Below the pieces are notes generated by a model that worked only from the letters and a program-made list of their open reading frames with translations, had not been told where the DNA came from and did not search any database. A stretch of DNA of 64,000 nucleotides from Octopus sinensis (lineage: Eukaryota). Where the stretch lies: contig NC_042999.1 in NCBI RefSeq assembly GCF_006345805.1, forward strand, positions 132,060,001-132,124,000, given 5' to 3'. Below, in pieces: positions 1 to 13,110 of the stretch; within the stretch, counting starts at the first letter, position 1; every line of letters begins with the position of its first letter. A program made the position numbers and the translations under genes.

Positions 1-305
1 AAAGCTCTGTTTATGTTTCAAGTTTTCCCATACTTTTCTAAACTTATTGACCATGTATCTATGTTCATATGTAACCTTTTTTGTGTACATGGATGCATGT
101 TTCACTTTATTTGCTATGAATGAACTTTTCTCATGAATATAGCATCGCAACATATCCTCATTACTTATAAGATTTTATCAGAAGGATTTGTGTGTATTGA
201 GTGTTAATATGTACTTCAGTATAATATTTAATATAGATAACCAATAAATGTCATAATCAGATGCTTCAGTCTCTCACTGTTTCTTGCTTTCTCTCTTTCT
301 CTTAG

Positions 306-382
306 GTAACTGTTACTAATATTGAAAATCAAAGTTTTCTGATCTCATACAAACAATGTGCACTTGTGAATTCACTCAACAC
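306..382 (+). CDS. WAPL: WAPL internal coding exon A (upstream exons lie outside the window)
   Basis: Pyrimidine tract and ttag acceptor at 304-305, donor gtaagt at 383. Encodes VTVTNIENQSFLISYKQCALVNSLN, resembling vertebrate WAPL VTVHNPENQSYLIAYK (recalled). 77 nt, ends in phase 2, which fits exon B. Confidence 0.93.
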
Positions 383-1326
383 GTAAGTTGTCATTAAACT
401 TGTTTCCATGATTTTTTCTTTTTTCTTTCTTTTTTGCTTTTTTGTTTGTTGTTTTTTTGTTTTTGTTTTTGTTGTCACCCAACATCTGCCCTCTCCCTCC
501 AACTCTAATTATTTGTCAGGATTGTTCGATCAAGTACTTTATCTGGTAAAGATGAGGTTTTAAGACTTGACTGATGCTTATAGAGAATTTGAAATGACAA
601 TGTCACCGTCATCACCATCATGTTATAATCTGGAATAGATTTCATACCTTACCACTCAAGACAAATTGTTTAGTGTTTGATACACTGCACCTGTTAAAGC
701 CATAAAACTACTTCTAACCTCTTATTCCATCATTTCATATCTGGATAGAGAATTCTTCAGGTTTCTATCGATATTTTTTGTATTTTATTTACTTTTCACA
801 GAGAAGCTGAAAGAGCTTTTGATTGCTTGTAAATTCATAAAAATACTAGATGATGCTTATGACAGGTGGGGGGAGGGGATGGTAGTTTATAACAGACGAA
901 AACTTAGCAGTTTTTACAGGTCAACCTGCCTATGGCTACAGAATAGATCTGTGTCTGTTGCAAGTTTCTAGCCAGTTGAGAGGCAATGTGGTGGTGGAAC
1001 ATTACTGTAGGTAGAGCTATAAAAGCGAGGAAACAGACTAGGAAAATCAGGAGGAAAGGAGTACAGGGCAGAACAATACCATGTAGCACGAAGAGATGGT
1101 TTGCTTAGCTGGAGATGCAGAAAATTCTTATAACTGAATTTATTGTAGATTTAGAGAAGAAATTTCATAATTGAAAGCAAAACTTAGAATGGTGAGGCCT
1201 CAAAATAAACTTAGTGAAGTTTTGGTAAATAGGAAGATAAAACTCTATACCCATCAAGGAAATGACCATGCTTGAAGTGCCACAAAAAAGTAGTAAAATT
1301 CTATAGAATATATACTTAGTGTAAAC

Positions 1327-1471
1327 CAGTGCTCTGCAATTGGGAGGCCGCAGTGTAACCTGAATATAATTTTTTCCCCTGTACTTTTAGTTATATTTTT
1401 AGTTCAGGTATGCTACCAAATCTTGAAAAGAAATAAATGTACTGCAAGTGAAAAAAGGTTGCAGAGCATTG
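1327..1471. mobile_element. hAT-type MITE
   Basis: TIRs cagtgctctgcaa / ttgcagagcattg. Degraded 8-bp TSD gtgtaaac / gtctaacc. Confidence 0.7.
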
Positions 1472-1904
1472 GTCTAACCCTTAGATATACAAGAGGTGTT
1501 GTTGAATCACAAGCAAGCTAACAGAGAAAGTAGGGTTCATGTGCCTAGTTTAGTGCTTATTGTACAGGTACAGTAAGCACTAAAAGTGCACATGAAATAG
1601 ATTCTCTTAAATACCTGAAAGGCTCTCTAGAAGTAGTTGCTAACTTTTGTTACTAATCAGCTGTGGAGGTGGCTGCTCCAAAAGCAGAGTCGTTAGAATA
1701 TGGATAGGATAGAAAAAGTTCAGGAAGCTATTATCTGTGCTGGTAACAAAATGTTTCACTCTCTGAGTGAAGGGCAATTTGTATGGGGGTTGTATACAAA
1801 CTGTGGTGCTGCTTAGTAATGGAATGTCGGCCTTGATTGCAGTGGATTTGCAAAGACTAATAAAAAATGAAGTGAGTGTGTTCCGCTAGATGTGTAATAT
1901 TAGT

Positions 1905-2292
1905 GTACATGAATTGAAGGTTGATCTCAAAATGCTGAAGCTTATGGAGGAGCTGGCAGAGGACTATAATATGTGGTGCATTGCTGTACTCGAGAAGACC
2001 CACCACCACAACAGAATAGAAATCCTAAAACCAAAGTGTCTCATAAAAAGCATTGGTGTGGGTGCTGGTGCCATGTAAAAAGCACTGGTGATGGTGCCAT
2101 GTAAAAAGCACCCAGTACACTCTGCGGAGTGGTTGGCATTAAGAAAGGCATCCAGCTGTAGAAACCAAGCCAAAATGAACTATAAAATCTGGTGTGGCTC
2201 CTGGCTTTGCCAGTTCTTGTCAAACCATCCAACCCATGCCAGCATGGAAAACAGACGTTAAATGTTGATGACAAATGCTGATGATGATGAAT
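1905..2292 (+). mobile_element. RTE LINE 3'-end remnant
   Basis: DLKMLKLMEELAEDYNMWCIAVLEKT parallels the RTE C-terminus at 45680-45770. It continues with gccatgtaaaaagcac repeats, gtggttggcattaagaaaggcatccagc, ccaacccatgccagcatggaaaa and a (gat)n tail. Confidence 0.75.
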
Positions 2293-3119
2293 GATGTAGT
2301 TATAAATGATCTGAAAGATAAACTGAGTATATAAGGTACTCGATGTAGTGTGCAAGAAAGAAATCCATGAGAGTACAAGCACGTAAATGCATATGAAGGA
2401 TTGTAGGTGTATGAAGAAGGGAAAATCTTTGAAAGTGGATGGATCCTGTTGAAGATGACTAAAAAGATGTGATGCAGTGATGAAGACCTGACCTCACAAA
2501 AATGACAGTGAATCATGGCAGTTGGTGAAACTCAGTGCTGGAGAAGACCCTCCCACTCTTGCAAGCATGGCATAGCAAATAATAATGGTAATGATGGAGA
2601 TTGTGTGTTATGTGTATCTACTTTTAAGCATAATGCCCAGTAAAGACTGTTAAGCTTCCTGTTGCTCTATCACAGCTACTCATCTCTCTATCACTAAATC
2701 TCTCTACTATGATTTTGTTTCCCTCATCATACTTTCTGATACCCTCTTATCTCTCAATCACCAATCATAAGTGAGTGGTGGTGGTGGTGGTGGTGGCAGC
2801 AGTGGCAAAGAAGAAGATCTCGTTTTATTGCCATGATATTGATTGTTTCTTTTGTTTGTTCTTTCATGAGTAGAATACATTGGGCATGTTTCTCTACAAC
2901 TAAATATATGTATACATGTCTGCTCATAATCACAAGCTAATGTGGTGGTGGCGGTGGCGGCGGCATCACTCAGTCTGATGAAATAGCAAAATGTCATTCA
3001 AACCACATCCTACCATCCTAAAAAAAAAAATTATACTTTCTGAGAAATGAAGAAGAAACGATATCGTTTGACTATTAGTCTGCTTGACTAGAGCTGATTT
3101 AGATCTAGATAATGTTTTC

Positions 3120-3545
3120 TGCCTTAGGTACAAAGCGTAGAAACTTGAGAGGAGAGGTAGTTAACAATATTGTCCCCTGTATTTGTTTGACCCTGAAAGT
3201 ATGAAAGGCAAAATTGACCATGGTGAGTTTTGAACTCAGACCATAAAGAGCCGGGAGAAATAAAATAAAGCAATTTGTCGAACACTCTACTGTTTCTGCC
3301 AATCCACCAGCTTGACAAGGCTAAATAATGGTCTCAAATTTTGGCACAAGGCCAGCAGTTTTGGGGGAGGGGTTAAGTCAATTACATTAAGCCTAGCACT
3401 CAACTAGTATTTATTTTATCAACCCCAAAAGGATGAAAGACAAAGTCAACTTCAGCAGAATTTGAACTCAGAACATAAAGACAGACAAAATGCTGCTAAC
3501 CATTTGCCCTGCCTGCTTAACAATTCTGGCAGCTCACTACCTTAA
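3120..3545 (-). mobile_element. Two tandem copies of SINE family 2
   Basis: Reverse complement of the family consensus (gagctggcagaa...ttctgagttcaaatt...cctttcatcctttcggggtcgataaaataagtaccag...ggccttgtgccaaaatttgaaacc). Confidence 0.8.
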
Positions 3546-3702
3546 ATGAAAGCTAGATGATAACAAATCAACAACACATTGTTGAATTGTTGAGGACTAA
3601 ATATTTGATAAAGAACTATTGTTTATTAAAATCTTGACAGAAATTATTGCAATTGTTGTTCCATTCTAGATGTCTTCTTTCTTTTTCTTTTTTTCTATCC
3701 AG

Positions 3703-3863
3703 AACTTTGCGGCATTGTCAGAGTACGATTTCTAACTTTCCTTTGCGGGATGATCCTGATCGACCGAGTGAAAGTTCATTGGATAAGGAGTCCAATGGCT
3801 GGATTATCTTCAGTTGCATGCTGGCCATTTTACGTGTTCTGCTCAACTTAACACACGAAAATG
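3703..3863 (+). CDS. WAPL: WAPL coding exon B
   Basis: Long pyrimidine tract and ccag acceptor, donor gtaagt at 3864. Encodes TLRHCQ...FSCMLAILRVLLNLTHEN (WAPL-domain motif VLLNLT.xN). 161 nt, phase 2 to 1. Confidence 0.96.
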
Positions 3864-4244
3864 GTAAGTTGAATGTTTAGATATTCTCACCAAACACTTG
3901 GCTTTTGGCTTTGTTCTTTACTCAACCATTGTTTCTTGCAAAATCTGACATTTCTACCTGCATAACCAGATCATTGACTTTGCCATGTTGTGACAGTAGT
4001 GGACAATGGAACAGAATACTAGTCTTCTGTTCTACACTTATGACTTAACTATTTCACATTCAGATTACTTTGCCAGTGGTTGGTGTTAGGAAGGGATTCC
4101 AGCCATAAAAACCCTGCCAAAATAGACACAGTAGTCTAAGGTAGTTTTTCTACCTGGCCAGCTCCTGTCAACCATCCTAGCAATCCATGCATAGATGAAC
4201 ATTAAACGATGATGATGATGATGATTCACACTGTTTTGAATTAC

Positions 4245-4690
4245 TCATGATGGTGACAGACACGGCAAGCTAAGTGAAATCATGGTTGTGGCTAGTGCCA
4301 ATGGCACATAAAAAATATCCACGCCAATGACATGTGAGAGGCATTCATGCTGGTGACACATTCAGGGATACCCATGCCAATGACACATGAGAGGCACCTT
4401 GCTGATGACACATTCAGGGGCACTCATGCCAGCGACATGTGAGAGGCACCCATGCTGGTGACATGTTCAAGGGCATCCATGCCAGTGGCATGTAAAAGAG
4501 CAACTGTGCCTGTGATACATAAAAGACACCCAGTACACTCTGTGAAGTGGTTGGCATTAGGAAGGGCATTCAGCTGTAGAAGCCATGGCCAAAACAGACT
4601 GGAGCCTGGTGCAGCTTTCCGGCTTACCAACTCCAGTCAAACTGTCTAACCCATGCCAGCATGGAAAACGGATGTGAAAGGATTCAATGA
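4245..4690 (+). mobile_element. RTE 3'UTR-derived element with an expanded ~21-bp tandem array (4310-4520)
   Basis: Repeated cacccatgcca/gctggtgacacat units, then the same terminal block as 46210-46375. Confidence 0.75.
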
Positions 4691-5268
4691 TGTGATTGTT
4701 TATTTTTAGGATAACATTGTAAGGTAAATGTGAAAGGCTGGATATGGCCAGTTTAAATGATAAAGGGTTAAAGAGTGAGCATCAGCCCCACTATGTATGC
4801 ACGCATGCACATACACACACTTCACCTGAGTCAACTATAAACTAAAAGAAGAATTGAGGTGCTTCCACTAACTCGATCATGTCTGGAGGTAATTCTTAAT
4901 AATGTTCCTCTACTGTTGAATGAGGCTAGATTCCTGGCATCTCTTGTTGGGGGAATTGCTTACGTTAGTTAAATGGTGTCGTGCTGCAGTTAGTTATGAA
5001 GACAGGGATATCAGCCTCAATACAACAGCCATTCATTGTTCAATATCAGATTGTTTCTAATTTTGTTGCTGCTATTACATCTTCATCAGTTTCTAACTTT
5101 TTACACTTTTACCTTTCTACCTCCCTCCCCCCTCTCTTCCTATTTATCTTTTATACTCTTTCTTTCTTTCCCACTCTCAATATTACTGTTATTATTCTGG
5201 TTGTGTGCCAAAATTTGAAGCTAATATTATTGTTGTTACTTTAAAACTGTTCTTTCTTCCCAATTTAG

Positions 5269-5384
5269 ATTATGGCTGCACTAAAATTGGTTCCCAGAGA
5301 GGTCTTATTCAAACAGTTTTTGACTGTATTCTTCAAGTACCTCAGTACACCTTGATGTGCAAACAGTTTGACTTATTAGTTTTG
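5269..5384 (+). CDS. WAPL: WAPL coding exon C
   Basis: ttag acceptor and gtaagt donor. Encodes DYGCTKIGSQRGLIQTVFDCILQVPQYTLMCKQFDLLVL, comparable to vertebrate [39 protein letters not shown]. 116 nt, phase 1 to 0. Confidence 0.96.
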
Positions 5385-6650
5385 GTAAGTTTGGCAATTT
5401 TTATCTTTTTTTTTTATTATTATTATTATTGTTGTTGTTGTTGTTGTTAATTTGCTGGCCTTGTGCCCATAGTAGAAATGATTATTGTTAATTTACAAGA
5501 TTTGTTTGGTGACATAAGACTTTTGGAAAACTGGAGATGGGGGTGGAGTGGGGTGTTAGAATTATTGCCTCCTTTGTCTGAACAGTTCTTTTCTTAAATC
5601 AGATGGTGGTGGTGAGGGAGGGATTTAGTGGAATGCATCTTACAAGGTGAAGTTTACAGTGTTTTGGGAACACATGGTAGGGAAAGAATTGTATATAGTA
5701 TTTGAAGAGGTGGGACTGAGTGACAGGAAATGTGTGAAATGTGATGTGAGAGGCATGTGCAGTGTGTAGGTCCAAGCAGAGATCGGGTGTAACCAGAATG
5801 TTCTAAAGGGCCTATTATTTTAGCTTGTGCAAAAGACAGGAGCATGCTATAATTTGATGATTTACATCTAAATCCAACTGGAGTCTGATACAGCCCCTTA
5901 ACTTACCAGCCCTGGTCAAACCACCCAACCCATACAAACATGGATAACATACATTAAATGATGATGAGGAGGATGAGGCACATGTGTGACTGTGTGATAA
6001 GAAGTTTACTTCCCAACCACATGGTTCCAGGTCCAGTTCCACTGCATGGCATCTTGGGCAAGTATTTTATATATAGCTCCTGGCCAACCAGTCCTTAGAT
6101 TTGGTACATGGAAACTGAAAGAAACCCTTCACACATGTGTGTGTTTGTTACTGTTGTGCAAGCAGTGATAACCTTCATTACCAAATATTAAAAAACACAA
6201 ACCTGGTAATGGGGAAATATTACTGTGATTTGATACAGATGTGGGTTGCCAAAAGGACATTCAACTGTGGAAAAATTCAGCCTGGCCCATGTGAACATGT
6301 GAGAGCGGCATTAAAAACCATGATGATGGTGGTGGTAGTGGTGGTGGTGGCAGCGGCGGCGGCAGAAGAGGTGACTCTTCCAAATTATTGGAGCAAACTT
6401 TTATTTGACCTTCTAGAGTAGGGATAAGTTTTACTTCCTATTGACTGAATTACTAAAAAATATCTATAAAACATCATAATTTATGCTGCTGTATCTTCCT
6501 TCGTATCTGTCGACTCATAGTTTACTATGTCAAAATGGACAGTGCTTAGAAAACAAACTGCAATAGTAATGGGAGTTGGGTTGTGATAATCAAGGTGTAA
6601 ATGTTTTTGCTCTCATTAAAAGTGTTTGCAATAAAAATGAAATAATTGAA

Positions 6651-6866
6651 AGCAGTGAGCTGGCAAAATCATTAGCACACCAGGCAAAATGTTTAAGGAC
6701 ATTTTGTTCATTCTTATGTTCTGAGTTCAAAATTCCACCGATGTCAACTTTGCCTTTCTTCCTTTCAAGGTTGATAAAATAGGTACCAGTTGAGCGCTGG
6801 GGTTTATCTAATCAACTTAACTCCTCCTTTGAAAGTGCTGATCTTGTGCCAAAATTTGAAATCAAT
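6651..6866 (+). mobile_element. SINE family 2 copy
   Basis: gagctggcaaaatcattagc head, B-box-like gagttcaaatt, central cctttcttcctttcaaggttgataaaataggtaccag, tail tgtgccaaaatttgaaatc. Confidence 0.8.
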
Positions 6867-6938
6867 ATAAAGGAAATGGCTTCAACTAGGAATTCAATTG
6901 AGATTGATGACTCAACTCATTGGAATAATGATACTAAT

Positions 6939-7153
6939 AATGGTTTCAAATTTTGGCACAAGGCCAGCAGTTTTTGAGGGGAGGGAGAAGTCAATTACAT
7001 CAACCCCAGTACTCAGCTAGTACTTTATCAACTCTAAAGGATGAAAAGCAAAGTCCACTTCAGTGGCATTTGGACTCAAAGTGTAAAGCTGGAAGAAATG
7101 CTGCCAAGCATTTTGTGCAACTTTCAAACCATTCTGCCTGCTGGCTGCCTTGA
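6939..7153 (-). mobile_element. SINE family 2 copy, inverted relative to 6651-6866
   Basis: Starts ggtttcaaattttggcacaaggccagc and ends attctgcctgctggctgcct, which is the family consensus reversed. Confidence 0.8.
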
Positions 7154-7346
7154 TAATAATAATAATGATGATTCTTTGGGGTTTGAATAAGTTACCCTTG
7201 AAAATTACGCTTGGATGGTGCTTTTAAAATTCCATTAGCAGTGCGTGTGTTTGTGTGCCTGTGTATTATAAATGTATACAGAGATCTGTAATATCAACAG
7301 TCATGTTACCACATGCAACTCATTGCATCTATCTTCACTGTTTCAG

Positions 7347-7481
7347 AGTCTTGGTTTGTTGATCAATCTTGTGGAACATTGCGTGGTCAATCGGCGTCTT
7401 CTAATTACCATGGAAACACTTCGACCTCCAGAGTGTTCGATTCCATCAGAGAAACTTGGTGCTGTTGAAGCTTTGGTTGAT
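7347..7481 (+). CDS. WAPL: WAPL coding exon D
   Basis: ttcag acceptor and gtaagt donor. Encodes SLGLLINLVEHCVVNRRLLITMET...AVEALVD (WAPL hallmark LGLLINLVE). 135 nt, phase 0 to 0. Confidence 0.97.
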
Positions 7482-9321
7482 GTAAGTTAAGCTTTGAGAT
7501 TTTGTATGTGTGGGGCTGGGGACATAAAAGTGCATGCATTTTATCATGCTTTTGCAAGTTAAAGTGTTGTTTGTTACATGGATTTACAATTTTGCAATGA
7601 GCCAATCACTGGTTTACTTCATTTCTGATGCTGAAAATGACATGGAAACGTCTCTGTAACCTAGGCAGAATAAATATGTTTATCTCCAAAATACACACTC
7701 ACACATGCACGCACGCACACACACACTCTCACTCTCACTCACTCACTCACTCACTCACTCCTCACTCACTCCTCACTCACTCCTCACTCACTCACTCACT
7801 CACTCACTCACTCATGAAGCATTAGGAAAGGCATCCACCCATAGAAACCATACTAAAAAAAAGCATTGGGGCTTGGTACAGACTCCTGGCTTGCTAGCTC
7901 CAGTCAAACCATCCAACCCATGCCACCATGGAGAAGAAACATTAGATAGCTAGACTAGAAACACAGAAAATGTGATTGGTATTTTTAATTTTTACTAATT
8001 ATTTTTTTTCATTTGCTTTTACTTTATAATGTGGATTAAATATCACCTGCCAGTTTGTCCTGGAATATGATGATTGTGTTTCAAACTCTGCCTTAACATT
8101 TTACTTTTGATTACTCTGTCAAATGTAATACTTATTCATTCATTTTTTTTTTTAATTAATCATGCCTTGTCTTGTAGCTTTGAGATGTGTTTGTTTATTT
8201 TTAGAATGGCATTGTAGGATAGGTGTGAGAGGCCAGATCTGATCAGTTTGAACATAAAACTGGTAGAATATTTTGGACCAGATATGACTAGTTTAAATGC
8301 TGAAGGGTCAACATATCAATAAAACCCCAACAAGGGAACTTTTACTTGTTTGCTTGACCTGCTAGAAATAGCAACCAACTCACCATCAAAGTACAGCCTA
8401 CTGTCTTAAAAAAATAGAAAGGACACATTAGATAATGTAGTCATATAATTTCTGAAATGACAAGCAGGAGCACCTTTGATTACAAGATCTAATCAATCAA
8501 TAGTTGACTTGGAGTTGTACAACAATAAACAAGCATCATCATTATCATCATCATCAGTATCATTTCATGTCCATTTTCTATGCTGGCTTGGATTGGATAG
8601 TTTGACAGGAGCTGGCTAAGCAGAAATCTGCGCCAAGCTTCTCTTTCTGTTTTGGCATGGTTTTTACAGCTGGATGCCCTTCTAAATGCCAACCACTTTA
8701 CAGTATGGAGTGGATGCTCTTTTACATGGCACCAGCACTGGTGGGAGGTCATCAAGTACCTCACAAGACCAGGCTTCTTTGATAGGTGGAGCATTGGAGG
8801 AGGTGGCCTTGTGCCAGGTGATGAAAGGTTAGACTGTGGCAAAGGGACAGGAACAGGTGTCTTGCTGTAGAGGAGATAGACGGTTAACCAGTCAGAGGGA
8901 GAGTGATCAAGAACGATAATATAACTGTTTATTTCTAGAATGACATTGTAGGATAGGTGTAAGAGGCTGGATATGGTTAAGTTTAAAAGAAAGCAGCTAG
9001 AATATTGATACAGCTAGTTTAAATGCTGAGTGTTTAAAGATTATTTAAAATGTAAGCATCATTGCAGGAGTCTTAAGATTTGTATTATTTAACAGCTTTC
9101 TATTGGTGTTATTAAAAAATATTGAGAATATAGCAATGCATGTGTATAGCACCAAGAATATTGATTATTGTTACTTTCAACAATGTTTGCTATATTTTAT
9201 TGAAACGTTCAAACAGCTTATACTTTACTTAAATACTAAGTAATCACTAGTTTTACACTAATGGAATTTATTCATTAATTTGTTTATAAATGTAATTTTT
9301 ATTTTTTGCATGATATATATA

Positions 9322-9555
9322 CACTCATGGCCAAAATTTTGGAACATTTTTTTTTTTTAAATTAAAATTGTTATGCCTAAGTACAATTCGATTTGAATAT
9401 ATACAATATAGAGATTTACTTACCTAATAATTTTTATAGATACCACCATATTACTGCAATTAGTAATAATATATTGCAAATTATCTATAACTTAGGGCAT
9501 TTAATATAAAAATTCTAATTTTCAGGCTTATGTTCCAAACTTTTGGTAACGACTC
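9322..9555. mobile_element. Tc1-type MITE
   Basis: TA on both flanks. Imperfect 25-bp TIRs cactcatggccaaaattttggaaca / tgttccaaacttttggtaacgactc. Confidence 0.75.
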
Positions 9556-9589
9556 TATACCATATATATGCGTTTATGTGTGCATGTGT

Positions 9590-9910
9590 AGACGCAGGCA
9601 TTATCGTTTGATAAGAGGAAGTTTGCTTCCCAACCATATGATTCTGAGTTTAGTCCCACTGCATGGTGCCTTGGACAAGTGTTTTTTACTATATCCCTAG
9701 GCCAACTCAGGAGTGGATTTGGTTGATGAAAACTGAAGGGAGCCAGTCATGTGTATGTGTATGTTTGTCTCCTTGTCTTGACATTGCATCATGGAAAGTG
9801 TGTCACATTCATTTTCAATATTCTGCAAGAACTTTAGGATGCACCATCCAACCCATGCAAGCATGGAAAAGTGGACATTAAAATGATGGTGATGATGATG
9901 ACGACGACGA
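9590..9910 (+). mobile_element. SINE family 1 head with an RTE-type tail
   Basis: tRNA-like head and ccttggacaagtgt CORE-like block as in family 1, but it ends in ccaacccatgcaagcatggaaaagtggacattaaa(tga)n like the RTE 3' end. Confidence 0.7.
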
Positions 9911-10059
9911 CTCTGTGTGTGAGTGAGTGTATGTGTGTGTATGTCTGTGTTTTTGTATCTATTACACATCTGAGCATGCTGCTGATCTCTGTTGATTAAG
10001 ATAGTCATTGTTTAGCTGTGGGTCAGCCCTGATCCAGCAGATCTAAGACCTACATTAAT

Positions 10060-10472
10060 CAGAGCTGACCATGTTGACTTGGAGGGATCATTGTCAATCT
10101 AGGCCTGGATCTCACCAAGAAATTTAGGAGTTCTTTTCTTATCAGAACAATCAGAGTGAGTTCTCCAAGTTGCCATACCTTCATAATTACCATTAGACTC
10201 AACCAACTCTTTCTGAATCCTCTGCACTGTCCTCAGATTTACACCCAAGCGCTCTGAAATGTTTGTATTGGAGCTTCTTGGTGCACATGCCAAACAGTAC
10301 AGCGTGTCATTTCCAAATTTCTGGCAGAGTAATTGCATCATAGTACTGTTTTTCTTACAGATGGTGTCCAACTGACCCTATTATACTGTGTAATTGACAA
10401 AATCAAAAACAAACAATGTACATGCATGAAATAAAAAATATAAAATGGCAACAATTTACCCATTGCACCCTG
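10060..10472 (-). mobile_element. Tc1/maT-like transposon 5' fragment
   Basis: Minus-strand terminus CAGGGTGCAATGGGTAAATTG. HTH-like peptide TNISERLGVNLRTVQRIQKELVES...KKRTPKFLGEIQA. Confidence 0.7.
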
Positions 10473-11472
10473 TGTATGTGTGTATATAAAATATATATAT
10501 ATATATACACACAACAGGCTTCTTTCAGTTTCCCTCTACCAAATCCACTCACAAGACTTTAGTTGGCCTAGAGCTATAGTAGAAAACACTTATCCACGGT
10601 GCCACACAATGGAACTGATCCCAGAACAATGTGGTTGGGAAGCAAACTTCTTACCACACAGCCATACCTATCTGTCCTTTTAAGATTTTAGAACATGATT
10701 TCAGGATGGTTTGGCTACTATTTCTAGCAAGTTGTGAGATCCTGCAGATGCACCGTTATTGTTGTTATGCTTGATGCTTGAAATATATAAACAACCACTG
10801 AAGTACTGGCTCACAAGAATTTGTGTCCTTCACAACCTTCATTATTAGCTTGTTTTGTTCTAGTTTTGTTTTCTTTTTAATCCATTTTAATGTCATTAAC
10901 TGACCTTTCAACCTTACTAGCCTCTGCTTAGATAATCTAAATATTAGCAGTAAATTTTGTTGTCTAGCTTCAAAATTTATCTTATGATTATTATTATTAT
11001 TATTACTATTAAAGTATGCTGTTAGGCAGTGAGCATGCAAAATCATTTACATGCCAGACATAATACTTAGCAATATTTCTTCTGGCTTTACATTCTGAGT
11101 TCAAATTTTTTCTAGATTGACTTTGCCTTACATTCTTTCAGAGTCAGTGAAATAAGTACCAGCTGAGCACTGGGATCGATGTAATCAACTAAGCCCCTCC
11201 CCCAAAATTTCAGGCCTTGTGGCCTATAGTAGAAAGGATTATTAATTAAAGTACATTTTATAGTTTCAGCATACTCATGCTACCATGCATAGATTACTAT
11301 TCTGTTGACTACAAGTTTGCCTTTTGTGTTACTGTATTTCTAATTAATATCTATAATATATTATTGTATTATCTATCTTATATAAGCTACATTGGTTTAG
11401 CCAACATGGTGGAAGCCTCTTTGTGGTCATCAGCTAGAAATAGTCAGTTCTCACAAAAAGCACTCTAACATC

Positions 11473-11888
11473 TTAACTCGTTAAGCATTTAATCTGGCCA
11501 TATTCAGTCCTAAAAGTCTACCTGGTTTATGTTAAAACTGACCAGATCCAACTTCTCACACCTACCCTACAATGTCATTCTAAAAATATACAAACATGCC
11601 ATTGATATCTTGAAGCTACAAGATAATGCATTGAATAAATAATTAATACATTTGACAAAGAAATCTGAATGCTCAAGAGTTAAACCAACCATCTCTGGCT
11701 TTTGTATTCTACCTGTCTTATGTTCAAACTGGTCAGATAAAATGTCTTACACCTATGTTACAGTGTCATTCAAAAACTTAAAAATAAGCAGTTACATCAT
11801 CAAGAACTCAAAGTTACAAGATAATGGCATGGTTAATTCAAAACAAAGCATTACATTTGAAAGAATAATCTGGATACTAAAAGGTTAC
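11473..11888 (+). mobile_element. Two tandem copies of a TTAA-bounded (piggyBac-like) MITE family
   Basis: ttaa...gcatttaa...ggccatat...cacctaccctacaatgtcattctaaaaat...atctgaatgctcaagagttaa repeated twice. Other copies at 8093-8311 (-), 4690-4772, 8925-9040 and 14470-15025. Confidence 0.6.
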
Positions 11889-13110
11889 ACAAAAAAAAAA
11901 AAAGAAGAGGATGATCAAAGCTGAAATGCTTTTGAATTTTAAGTTTACTTAATTAGTCTGAACAATAACAGCTACCTTGATCTATCACCAGTTTATCGTA
12001 TTATTCTCTGAAAATAATTTTTTTAGGGTGGTGGGATGGAAGGATGACCTTAGCTGTTTGTTTGTTCGTTTTTTTTTGGGGGGGGGGGGCGGTTATCGTA
12101 TATATTTGAGTGGTGTTTAAGTGTTTATTTGAGTTTGAGTTCAGCCTGAAACTATGCAAGCTGGTTTTCGATTGAGTGGATTGGACAAGCATGAGCCTTT
12201 AGTAGGAATGGAGTTCTAGAGAAAATTCGTAATTAGCTGAGGGTGACTGGCAAGTGGGATAATATACCAGAGCATTCATTTTGTTGGTTTAGGTAGAAGA
12301 AGAGAATTGGTATTGAAGCAACAGTTTGAGGGTTATAGAACATACGAGAGTCATAAACTCATATATTTGTTTGTCAGAACACAGCATACAAATAGGTTGT
12401 GTGAAACATATATTATAAGGTAGTTCTGACAAGACATCTGTGACTGACAAATTCACGCAAGACAAACTACTGAGTTAGGTTGTCATGGTAGTTTATATTT
12501 AGGCCATCATTATTAAATTATGGTTTACTTTGTTTTGCTTATTTTCCCATTCTTTTATTGCATTAATGGTGAAATAACGTAGTAGACAGGCTAGATCACC
12601 TGCAAGTATTTTATTGTGTCTCCGAGTAGGACATTTTATTCTACCTGCCTATATTCACATAGTTGTTGCTGTTGTTGTTGTTTAACCTCCAAGTCTTTCA
12701 TGATAGAGCAGAGCTGTGATCAAAGGCATTCCAGCTGTGACCATTCTGTCATTTTGTAAAACTGGAGCTTCATTTTCTGAGGTAATTTTCATTTCTAAGA
12801 TAGCAGGCTGTGATTTAAGGGGTATATTTGGCTTCTATTTCTAGCAAGTTAATTTACTGAACAGTTGCTACATTGTTCTTCACTTCATTGTGAAGGGCAA
12901 TATTTACCAATAATAGACTAACTGGCTTTCTCCAGGAAAGAATTATTTCTCATTTACTGAATACAAAGAGAATCCATTAACAAACAAAGTAGTTTCTGTG
13001 TGATCACAGACTTGCTAGAAATGGTAGTACAATTTCCATTAAAATCTACACCACCGTTTAAAAAACGGGAAGGATATAGTAGACAATGTTGTCTCTGATA
13101 TATAAAATGA

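Noticed and set aside
4310-4520. CRISPR-like regularly spaced repeats (also 18620-18800, 34520-34885 and 45880-46070)
   Set aside because: These are tandem units without unique spacers in eukaryotic DNA, mostly part of the RTE 3'UTR, and there are no cas genes.
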